DNA of 63,835 nt, counting the filler, from Reclinomonas americana ATCC 50394 (taxonomy: Eukaryota), in the NCBI GenBank assembly GCA_048213135.1. It is 11 parts of 5 records of this genome, joined end to end, with 100 filler letters (N's around TTAATTAATTAA, not from the genome) between each part and the next. Parts side by side here need not be neighbours in the genome. Positions count along the whole stretch, not along the records: positions 52,323 to 55,393 come from PS015640.1; positions 55,494 to 58,094 come from PS015640.1; positions 58,195 to 60,736 come from PS015642.1; positions 60,837 to 62,531 come from PS015642.1; positions 62,632 to 63,835 come from AFZH01014668.1; 6 more parts are not named here. One strand, written 5' to 3'. Positions 53,809 through 63,835 of the stretch are shown one piece after another (position 1 is the stretch's first letter; each line of letters starts with the position of its first letter). The notes under the pieces are model-generated. The model saw only the letters and a program-made list of their open reading frames with translations, did not search any database and was not told the DNA's origin. A program made the translations under genes and the position numbers.

Positions 53809-56800
53809 ATGGCGTCGTCGTCGTCTGCACTTCCGCGTGAACGGCCGCTGGCGACTGTGCGAGACTACTATGGTGTGTGTGTGTGAGTGTGTGTGTGTGA
53901 GTGAGGGAGAGGCACATGCTGCGTCGTCGCAAACAGGGATGATCTGTCTCACCACTCTCTCTCTCTCTCTCTCTCACTCTCTCTCTCTCCCTTTTCCTCG
54001 CTCCCTTCACACAGATCACTTTGGCATTCCCCGTGATGCCAGTGACGATGACCGGCTGCACACCGAGGAAGACATGCAAGCGCGATTGAGCCGGTTGACG
54101 GCTGCACTGGCGGAGGCCCAGCGCTTGTCGAATCGCCGAGTCGCGAACCAGATTCTGTCACGCTATTCCTCATTGTCGGAGCACTGCGAACGCCGCTATC
54201 CCTTTGTCGACGAGGACGAGGACACGACATCGATGGCAGGTGAGCGCGGCTGATATTCATTTGAGGAGAACATGGTGCTTACGCTGAGATCGCGAAGCTC
54301 GACGCCTGTCGTGGATTGCTCATCGAAATCCAGCGTCTGCAAAGTACAGTGTGGCCCGCATGATCAGTTACATGCACATTGGCCGCGAACGCTCAGCACA
54401 CGATCTGCTGCTCGATTCCAACGCTCGCAAGCTTCTTCTGGAGGGTGAGGTGCACAGTTGTTGTCTCCTCAGTCACCGCACTGCTGCGCACTTACGACTA
54501 CATATGTAGCCTTTTGTGTGTCGCAGCCGTTCGACGTGTTCAATCTGGAGCCAGTGAATCACGGCCTTCTGCAACCTGCGCTGCTTGGAGACGAGCACGT
54601 CATCATTCAACGCATCAGATCGCTGCTGCAGCCAGCAGGCGATGATGAGAGTGTCACTCGGTGCGTCTTGTCGACTCCACTCACTCGCTGGCATCTTATC
54701 TCGTCCTCTGAGAATGTCGTACGCAGTGCACGCAAGGAGTGGATGCACGCAATGGGCAAGATTGCCGGAAGGAACTACGCGAGTTGCGTTGTTGGAGTTG
54801 GAGCGCAGAGAAGCGAGCGCTGCGGGGCCACTACCGTATTCGTCACTGGACTGTGGCTCGTGCAATTTAACGTGCTCACTGTCTGACCTCTCGTGTGCAG
54901 TATTTGCTTACTCCGAGTTCGCCGTGGTAGTGCGTCACTGGTCCACGACGCTCGGTGATTTGCTGCTGAACATGTTCGACGGGAGCAGCACGGTCAGCGT
55001 GGACTACGGTGCCGAGTTCAACCACTGCGTGTCCGACTTGCAACTGAATGTGCGACTCTCGGATGCCGACGGCAGCACTGTGGCGCCTCTGTTCTTTGTC
55101 GAGTGCAGGGGCGGGAAAACGTATCGCGCAAGGTACATCGACTTGACCGATCATCACAAGCGTAAACTCACCACAAGTTTGCCTCCTCCCCATGCAGCTT
55201 CTGTGGTCATCGATGGCCAGAGGACACGGTTACCGCCGATGCGCCACTGACGCGCGCCGTGCTGTCGTGCGATGCCGTGTACTTTGACAGTGATGGGTAC
55301 AGCCCACCTCGAATGGCAACGGACGAGGACGATGCACGTGCAACAGCGTCGCCACACACCATGCTGCGCTCACAGTTGCTTTGCGTTCTGGGCNNNNNNN
55401 NNNNNNNNNNNNNNNNNNNNNNNNNNNNNNNNNNNNNTTAATTAATTAANNNNNNNNNNNNNNNNNNNNNNNNNNNNNNNNNNNNNNNNNNNNTGCCACC
55501 CCGACAACATGAAAGCCATCCACGAGGCTTGCTGGTCGTGGTGGCACTTGGCGGCGCATCTCGAGAATGCAGAGGATCGACAGCAGTTGGTGACGAGCTT
55601 TGCTCTCACCACCGAGTGGTCGATTGCACTGTTTGCGATCACTTGGGGTGGACTGCCGCCCGGATCGTCGACAGGCGACACTGAGTGCACGTCGGCTTCT
55701 GGTGAAGAGATCCAGCCCGACGAGGTTGAGAAGATGCGTGCGGCCCGCAACGTGTTGCCACTGTTGCACATCTCGCCGATTGGAGTGTGGCACGTGCGTG
55801 GCTCTGCTGAGAGTCCAGTAGACTATGCTCTGCTCACTGGCGGTCATGATTTTTGCGGCCATCAAGGTGAGTCGGTAGCTCTGGCGTGGTAATCGTCGCT
55901 AATCTTCTTTTTGGCGCTTCTCGCTGTACGTTTACTTACAAACTGGTTGCTGGCTTGTCAGTTGGTGACGCTGAGACGCTGTTTGCTGCACTGGTGGCTC
56001 TGTTGCAAGTGTGTCACGAATCGGTGCGCTCTCTTTGCGTTGAGCCAGACGGTACCATACTTGAGGCGCTGCAGCACGTGTTTGTGGCACCAGCGTCTCC
56101 GAATCCAGGTTCGTACGCGTCACATGAGATATCCTCACTGCCTCATTTCGTCGTTCCACTTATTTTTGCGCGCCTACTTGTGAAGCTCGTACGTTGTCAA
56201 GAACGGGCACGCAAGACGCGGATTCGGCAGTGCGAGACCAAGCACCGATTCCTGCGATATCCGAGCCGTTCGCGAAACGGTGCGGCTCACGAGCAGCTGC
56301 CGAGCACGAGTTCAGCGTGTTGCAGCGCTTGCGACAGGCTGCCTCGTCGCAGCCGTCTGTGCTGCAGCGACTTCCGACGCCTATGGGTGTGCGTGGCGAT
56401 ATTCTTCTGCTGTTGCCACTGGCCAACGACACCATGCACGATATCGACGATGTGCGCGTGCTGGTCCGTGATGTGGCGATGGTGCTGCAGCATGCACATC
56501 AACTGGGGTGGACGCACATGGACGTCAAGCCAGACAATATCATGTACAATCGGCGCGAAGGCGCCGTTCTTATCGACTGGGGCCTGTCGTGCGATGTGCA
56601 AGTGTACAGGACTCGCCAGCACCAGTACATGGGCACGCGGCTATACGCGGTATGCACACGCATCACCCTGATGCGCATACCTGTCACTGAATCACTACAT
56701 TACTGTGCATATCTGTGTGTCGCAGTCGCCAGAGGTGCGCGGCGTGGACCCGTTTGAGGAATGCAGAGGGACGGTGGCGCCGCCGGCCGACATGTGGAGT

Positions 56801-57064
56801 TTTGGTGTGACGGTGGCTTCGCTGGTGCTTGGCGGACTGCAGGGAGTGTCGGATTGGCTGATGGTGCCTGAGGAGCAGAGTTTGCAGATCTGCCAGGCGC
56901 TGAAGAGGGCCGCGTCACATGCTCCGCGTGGTGGAGAACTTCAAGCGTCGCTGCATTCGGTGGCGTCATTGGTGGAGCAGTTGCTGCAGTTCTGGCCGTC
57001 GGAGCGGTTGACGGCGGCGCAGGTGCTGCAGCATCCATTTTGCGCCGAGAAGAATGTCGTTTGA
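53809..57064 (+). CDS. Protein with a C-terminal non-RD Ser/Thr kinase domain and an uncharacterised N-terminus
   Basis: FAKR (Lys), AEHEF (alphaC Glu), HMDVKPDN, DWG, GTRLYA|SPE, ADMWSFG and RLTAAQVLQHPF. Continuity of the upstream exons across the 55394-55493 gap is assumed. Confidence 0.78.
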
Positions 57065-57278
57065 ATGGACCGCGGCCACTTGCGCGTCGGAGGGCGAGCA
57101 TTGAGTTGCGACTATGCAGCGGATCTGTGTGTCACAAGCGGCGTCCGCATCATGCGTGAGGGGGAAAATACAGTGAACAGCAAGCAACTTCACGCCCACC
57201 CACGTGCTTATCTCTCAGACAACAAAACACTCTCCTCCACTTCATCTTCTCCCTTCCCTTCTTCCCCGTCCCCCTCCA

Positions 57279-58094
57279 TCACGGATGCGCCTTCAACTGA
57301 ATGCACGCCGACTGGCCGTGCACACTCGGCGAGCTGGGCGTGGCCAGCACGATGTTGTTGGCCACTTGCACGTCCAGGTGCACGTTGGAAGTGCTCGACA
57401 CGGCCTTGGCTCCGTTCGGGTAGTGCAGCGCAAACTGCGCAAACACCTCCGTCGGCGCCTGGATGCTGGTGTCGATGGTGAAGCAGAACTCAAAGTCGTT
57501 GGTGGTCGAGTCGTAATGCATGCGCTCCGGCACGCCGGCGACGGCGCGAGCGTAGGTGCGACTGACCACGTTGACGAAGCCCGGGTCGGGCGGACTGCCG
57601 CCGTCCCACGCCATGCCCCACTCGATCCACGACTGGAAGTGCTTGTCGGCCAGGTCCATGACAAAGGCGCACTCGGCAAACTCCTTGCGACTGCACTCGC
57701 CAAACTGAGTGCAAAAATGCGAGGAAGAGTGAGACGTCGGTAAGCAGAGGAGATGAGAGGAGAGCGACGCGCCTCGGTCATCATGCCGGCACCGCCCGTG
57801 CCCACCACATCCTTGGTGACGGCCTCAAAGACGAGCGGGCCAGTGACCGGGTCACAAAAGGCGCGACGGTCACCAAAGCTCGCGCAGTAGTAGTGACTGG
57901 TGCGCAAGAGTCAGCACGAAGAATGTGAGCGAGAGAGAGACAGGTATGAGCGCAACTAGGAGAGCACCGAGCGATTGCGGTACTCATCTCCACCCGGAAC
58001 ACTGCGTGGCGGGATAGTGAGTAAGCGGTGGCGAGGGATAAGAGGGGAGCGTCTGCGCCGACGAAACTGAGTGAATCCAGTGCCGGCAATCTTA
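57279..58094 (-). CDS. Endoglycoceramidase-like GH5 glycoside hydrolase, C-terminal part
   Basis: GFTHVPGGDEYRNRSVLSYHYYC; nucleophile motif MMTE|FG; ADKHFQSWIEW; SRTYARAVAG; APTEVF..HYPNG. Confidence 0.88.
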
Positions 58095-58644
58095 NNNNNN
58101 NNNNNNNNNNNNNNNNNNNNNNNNNNNNNNNNNNNNNNTTAATTAATTAANNNNNNNNNNNNNNNNNNNNNNNNNNNNNNNNNNNNNNNNNNNNAGAGGG
58201 AATGTGACAGACGAGAAGACGGAGTAAGCTGAGGGGAGAGTGAAAGCAAATGGGGCAGAAAAGAAGAGATAGGTGGCGAGAGAGCGAGAAAGCGGAAAGC
58301 GTGAACAGGGCAAGAGAGGAGAAGGAATACTGAGAGAAAGTGGGAAGGGGCCGGAGAGAAGAGATGGGAGAAATGTGGCAAGAAGGGGACTCGTTACTGA
58401 ACCGAATGGTTGGAGAGATGCAGTAATAAGATAAAGAGAAGAAAAAACGCTGCGAGAGAGACAAGATCAAGAGAGTAAGTTGCACGACGAGAGAATCATG
58501 AGGAAGGAAATGTCGGTGCTGGACAATAGAAAGCAAGATCGAAATGAATGAATGGATGACGGTTACAAAGCGCTCCGTGGAGAGAAGCAACTGAATATAG
58601 CACCTAAGCACAGCACTCTCTCGTCCCCCAATCCCCTCACACAC

Positions 58645-59758
58645 CTGCTTCCCGACATGACATATCCAAGCGTCTCAAACGACTCGATTTCCTCCGCCGA
58701 CATGCCGACCTCACCACGTCGTGGAATACGCTTGTTCTGTGTGACGTAGGCCGCCATGGCCTCGCCTTCGCCGGGCAGAAGGTGACCGCCAAAGCTGCGC
58801 ACACGTTTAAATGAGACGGAGAGAGAGGGAGAGAGGTCAAGGGTCGAGGTCGGGCGATTCTTCTCCACGCATCTCTCTCCCTTCTTCCCGTCCCCCCTCC
58901 CCCACAACTCAACTTCTTGTTCTCCCCCACAATATCCTCAGCCGTCGGCAACGGCACAGGTCCAGCCACCGCATCGTCGTCGGCGTCTGCACTCCACACA
59001 CCACATGTGAGACACGCTGCTCGCCATCTCCATTCCCTCGAATCCCACGCAACGTCTCTCCTCCCACACAGCCTCTTCGCCGCTCGCATTTGCCGACGCC
59101 GACGATGCAGAAGACGACGACGAGTCGGAGGATGATGCACGATGCCGACTGCTGCGGTGCTTCTTGTGCCGACTCGATCGACTCTTGGAGTGGCGGCTGC
59201 TGCTCTTTGATTTTTTCTTATCGCGGCTGCGTGATGACGAGCGGTGCTTGCGGCGCTTGCGACGGTGACGGCTCGACTCTTTAGGGAGAGGAGATGAGCA
59301 TAAAGAATATCGACAAGGATGGATAGCGTGAGTGGCGACGCTCACCGCTGCTGGAGCTGCTCTTTGAGCTCGCAGAGTCCGACTCGCCGGATGCGGAGCC
59401 TGAACTCGGAGAGTGGCGTCGCTTGCTGCTGCGATCTGCGACGGAGTCGGTGAGAGTGATGAAACTGGGAGAGTGAACTGTGCCGACCACACACCTGCAT
59501 CGGGGACAGCAAGTGCACTGGATCCATCGGCGGCGGCGGCGGCGGACGGAGGCGGTGGTGGAGGCGCATCGTCACCTCTGCATTCGACGATAATGAGATG
59601 GACAATCGGGCAAACCAATCGACCATTTTCGGGAAAATATCGATCACGGTCATCCCCCCTCTCTCTCCCCACACGCACGCAACTTTTTCCTTCCCGGCGG
59701 TGTCGGCGAGCGTTCCCAGATGTTCACCGGCAGAGCACCCATGCGCTGTGCACGCCGA
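58645..59758 (-). CDS. NKAP: NKAP (NF-kB-activating protein / DUF926), central part
   Basis: FGGHLLPGEGEAMAAYVTQNKRIPRRGEVGMSAEEIESFETLGYVMSGSR; Lys/Ser/Arg-rich linker; RRAQRMGALPVNIWERSP. Confidence 0.92.
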
Positions 59759-60200
59759 CTGTGCCAACATAATTGATGGGTCAATCGACACGATTCANNN
59801 NNNNNNNNNNNNNNNNNNNNNNNNNNNNNNNNNNNNNNNNNNNNNNNNNNNNNNNNNNNNNNNNNNNNNNNNNNNNNNNNNNNNNNNNNNNNNNNNNNNN
59901 NNNNNNNNNNNNNNNNNNNNNNNNNNNNNNNNNNNNNNNNNNNNNNNNNNNNNNNNNNNNNNNNNNNNNNNNNNNNNNNNNNNNNNNNNNNNNNNNNNNN
60001 NNNNNNNNNNNNNNNNNNNNNNNNNNNNNNNNNNNNNNNNNNNNNNNNNNNNNNNNNNNNNNNNNNNNNNNNNNNNNNNNNNNNNNNNNNNNNNNNNNNN
60101 NNNNNNNNNNNNNNNNNNNNNNNNNNNNNNNNNNNNNNNNNNNNNNNNNNNNNNNNNNNNNNNNNCCTTCCCCCTTCCTCCTCATTGAGTCTATTTTCAG

Positions 60201-60701
60201 CCGCCGTAACGGCTCCCGCCGGAGCCGCTCGCCACACTCCCGCTCGCGCTCCCCTCCGCGCCGCCGCTACTCGCCCCCGCCTCCCGAGCGACGTCGTGCC
60301 AGTCCGTCCTATGCCCGCGACGGCGGTGGCCGCAGGTGAGCAATCCTTGGTTTCGAGGGTGGGAAATGTCAGAGGCGATGGCGTAACGGTAGCGCGTGAG
60401 ATTCCAGTCCTCAAGGTTGGGGGTTCAAATCCCTCTCGTCTCCCTTCTTTTTTTGCTTCCATCGGTGCTCCTGCTGCTTCCTCCCACCCTGCTCACACTC
60501 TCTTTCCTTTTTGCAGATCGCCGCCTCCGCCGCCGCCTCCACCACCCCCCCATTATCGCGGGTCTGGGTCTGATCGAAATTTGCCGTTTCGTCTCATCCA
60601 CCCTTTTTTGTCTGTGTGTTTGAGGCATCGCTTCTCACACGCCATACGTCATGCAGGTGGCTGCCGCACCAGCCGAAAGACGACGAAGGCTATCGTGAGC
60701 A
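60201..60701 (+). CDS. RS-rich exons, probably the 5' part of NKAP on a mis-oriented contig
   Basis: RRSRSPHSRSRSPPRRRYSPP|SPPPP..|WLPHQPKDDEGYRE ends in phase 2 (CA), which joins the NKAP exon at 59758 (T CGG) to give YREHRRAQR. Confidence 0.6.
60372..60443 (+). tRNA. tRNA-Trp(CCA), intronic
   Basis: Cloverleaf: acceptor GAGGCGA/TCGTCTC; D-arm GCGT-AACGGTA-GCGC; anticodon TT-CCA-GT; T-loop TTCAAAT; followed by a T-run Pol III terminator. Confidence 0.9.
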
Positions 60702-60850
60702 GTTGCGTCATCGCTTTGCAAAAATTTACAGTTCTCNNNNNNNNNNNNNNNNNNNNNNNNNNNNNNNNNNNNNNNNNNNNTTAATTAATTAANNNNNNNN
60801 NNNNNNNNNNNNNNNNNNNNNNNNNNNNNNNNNNNNGACAAAAAAATGCA

Positions 60851-62531
60851 CCTCGATAATGGCGGCGACAATGCTGAGACCGCGGCCCTTTTTGATTTGC
60901 TCTGCGAAGGCGAGGATCTCCGGGTGTGTGGGTGTGCCATCCGGCAGCAATTTGACCAGGCAGAGAACTTGCGGACGCCAGTTCTTGCTGTTGCTGTGCG
61001 AATTTTTGAGCAGAAGCAGCGATTCCAACGCTCGCTGCATCTTCAGGCCACGGACGCCATCACCCCAGTCGTCGGCATCGCTACAGTCATTGTGGTGTGT
61101 TCAGGTTCCTGGCGGGCACCGCGGGAAAAACGCACGTGCTGCCTTCCTTACCTCTTGTACTCCACGTACTTGTAGACGAGCAGAGCGAGGACCAAGAGCG
61201 AGAGGGCCCACCACCAGTTGATGAGAAACATGACCACCAGACATGCGGCGGCACCACACAGCGCCGTGCTCCACTAATCGGCAATGAAACATAAACACAG
61301 AAAACGTGTCAGTCAAAAAAAAAAGAAATGGCAAATTCAAGGACGTGTTGCACGAAACGTGAAAGTACTTCCACGAAGGCCTGAACGAGGGCGACTCATT
61401 CAGCGTCATGATGAAACACGCGGCATTGATTCCTCCGTAGGTAAGCAACAACGGCCTGACAGTTTGTAAAGTTCACAGTCAGACAGGGGGGATTCCACAT
61501 TCGCGAGAATGACGCGGCGCAACATGGCAATGTAGGGAGCAATCTGCTCGAGGTTACCGAGAAACATGACAGGGGCGGCGAGGATGGCGGAGATGACAAG
61601 AGCGTTTCGCGGCTCGCCTGCACGAAAAAATTGAGTGAGGATGAGGGAGAGAGGGAGGGAGGGAGAGAGAGGGAGAGGGAGAGGGAGAGGGAGAGGGAGA
61701 GGGAGAGGGAGAGGGAGAGGGAGGAGAGGGAGAAGGAGGGAGGGAGAGGGAGAGGGAGGGAGAAAGATGGCACAGGGAAAGAGCAAAGGGGAGAGGCATG
61801 ATGAGCAGGCGAGGTGCGAACGGTCAAGCACGGGGAAGAGTCTGGGAGGAGACAAAGAGAAACTTTGTCGCAGACGGAGGGAGGGAGAGTGGAGTGAGTG
61901 AGAGAGCGGAAGAGAGAGGTCGAGGGTGGCGAGGTAGACAGGAGCGTGGGAAAGCAAGAACAAACGAAGGACACCAAAGAACAGCGGTGCGAGACGACGA
62001 TACTCATTGTGCGTGAAAGATTAACGAAGAAGCAAAGAAACAAAACCAAATACAAACCATGCGACACACGCGAGAAGAACTTGCTGAACGGGAAGATGCG
62101 ATCAGCCGACATGGCCTGCAGCATTCGAGGCGCCCTGCACCCAAAACCACAAATAAGAAAGTCTCTACACGCGGATCTCCAACCGGCAGTTGGCTGCTGC
62201 CACACGCAACACGAGGAGTGCCTGCACAGCCTCAGCGAATGACGCCATAAAGATGGTGACTTGCACCATCCACGAGAGGGGCCACGTGGTGACAGACATC
62301 AACAGGCCTGCAGGGAAACGAGAGAGGGGAACGTCAGCGATGAATTTATTCGACACCAAGACACGAACAGCGCAACTCTGCTCGAGAAACTCGCGCCGCA
62401 CGCTTGCGCCAAACACCACAATGATAATAACATCTGTACGGCACAAAAAATCTAAGCACGAGCAGCGGCCAGGAAACGCACAAAGGGAGTATCCGTACGA
62501 GTACGCACACAGGATTACAGTGGTGGCGAAT
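60851..62531 (-). CDS. SLC12 cation-chloride cotransporter (KCC/CCC1-like), internal fragment
   Basis: APRMLQAMSADRIFP, GEPRNAL, LLTYGGINAACF..PSFRPSWKYFH, WGDGVRGL, KNWRPQVL and QIKKGRGLSIV. Confidence 0.9.
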
Positions 62532-62631
62532 NNNNNNNNNNNNNNNNNNNNNNNNNNNNNNNNNNNNNNNNNNNNTTAATTAATTAANNNNNNNNNNNNN
62601 NNNNNNNNNNNNNNNNNNNNNNNNNNNNNNN

Positions 62632-62736
<105 letters not shown>

Positions 62737-63835
62737 AAAGAACGGGAATGCAGCAAGTACAGTCATCTGTCGCTTCTTTCTCACACGGGCAGGCAGGGTG
62801 AGATTGAGAAGCTCTGTACAACCCTCAGTGAGTGTGACACCAGAAGACAACTCCATCTGAGATGGACAACCTCTCCGTCTCTGTCTTTTACATCTTCCCT
62901 CATGTCGCTTCCTCTGATCTCACTCTTGGTTTGCCTCTTCTCTTCATCGTTTCAGCTCATTCCTGTCTTCTTCTTTCCTTTCTCTCCTCCTTGTGCTGTG
63001 CGCAATCAAACTCACTTTGCCTTCCCTCCCACCCTCCCTCTCGCAGCTCAATGGAGGTACGTGGCTGCACTCATTTCATTTCACGCTTCACATCGCTCAC
63101 CTCTCGTCTCCCACCGCAGCCCGCACTCAAACGCCAGAAAGGTACTTTATCCCACACACCATCCTCATCCTTCCCCCCCTTTGATCACATCCATTTTTCT
63201 CCCTTTGATCCCCCACATCCTTGATCCCACTTGCTTCCACATTCTTACCCCTTTTATCCCACTCACCGGCCACATGCGTGCTCCCTGCGGTTTAACGTAC
63301 CGTCTGCATCCTTTCCCCCTTTGATCGCAGCATCCACATCCTTCTCTTAATTCTACATCCTGTTTTCTCCCTTTGACCACCCTACCTCCTCCCCGTTTGA
63401 TTCCACTTCCACATCCTTATCCCTATTGATCTCACATCCTTGCCCCATCTTATCCCACTACCATCCACACCCATTCTCTCCATGGATCCCTCCCACCTGC
63501 CCCCCTCTCACCTTTGACCGCACCTACGTTCTCCCTTCGCTCCCACTCTCCGTCTACATCCTTGTCCCCATTGATCCCACTATCCACTTGCTCACGCTTT
63601 GAATTCGCCATCTTCCCCTTCTCTCTCATTGACCCCACCCACCGTTTCCTTCGCTCCCACTCGCCATCCACATCCTTTTCCTCTTTGACCACCCACCTTT
63701 CCCCCTTTCCCCTTTCCTCATTCCCCCTTTCCCCATTCCCCCTTTCCCCATTCCCCCTTTCCCCATTCCCCTTTCACCATTCCCCTTTCCCCTTTCCCCT
63801 TGACCCCCCTTCCCCTTGACCCCCCTTCCCCTTGA

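Noticed and set aside
25047..62587. Repeated palindrome TTAATTAATTAA
   Set aside because: It is always centred in 100-nt N blocks, so it is an assembly linker. Adjacency across these linkers is of unknown distance.
63160..63835. Telomere-like C-rich repeats (TTCCCCCTTTCCCCA, TTGATCCC)
   Set aside because: They are irregular and similar to pyrimidine-rich intron filler elsewhere, not a uniform telomeric unit.

Overview
Draft-assembly window from an intron-rich, gene-dense, GC-rich microbial eukaryote that is probably flagellated (IFT74, EFHC/RIB72-like). It has many N gaps, ten of them carrying an artificial TTAATTAATTAA linker. Housekeeping genes: IFT74, nurim/MddA-like methyltransferase, AlkA-type glycosylase, WDR6/Trm734, EFHC1/RIB72, hybrid histidine kinase, DUF1295, GH5 endoglycoceramidase, NKAP, an SLC12 cotransporter and an intronic tRNA-Trp. 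The stand-out region is ~8-40 kb. A NACHT-pentapeptide-WD40 NLR-like STAND gene sits head-to-head with an array of eight RING-IBR-RING (RBR, parkin/Ariadne-type) E3 ligase units. The units share a catalytic core but carry unrelated, apparently swapped N-terminal modules: myristoylation leaders, Pro-rich repeats, DPF/FGGD repeats, ankyrins and Arg-rich low complexity. An intronless WD40 propeller with highly similar repeats is embedded in the array. I infer a candidate protist innate-immunity/ubiquitin-defence island. All gene calls are manual splice reconstructions and family recognition from memory; no database searches were run.
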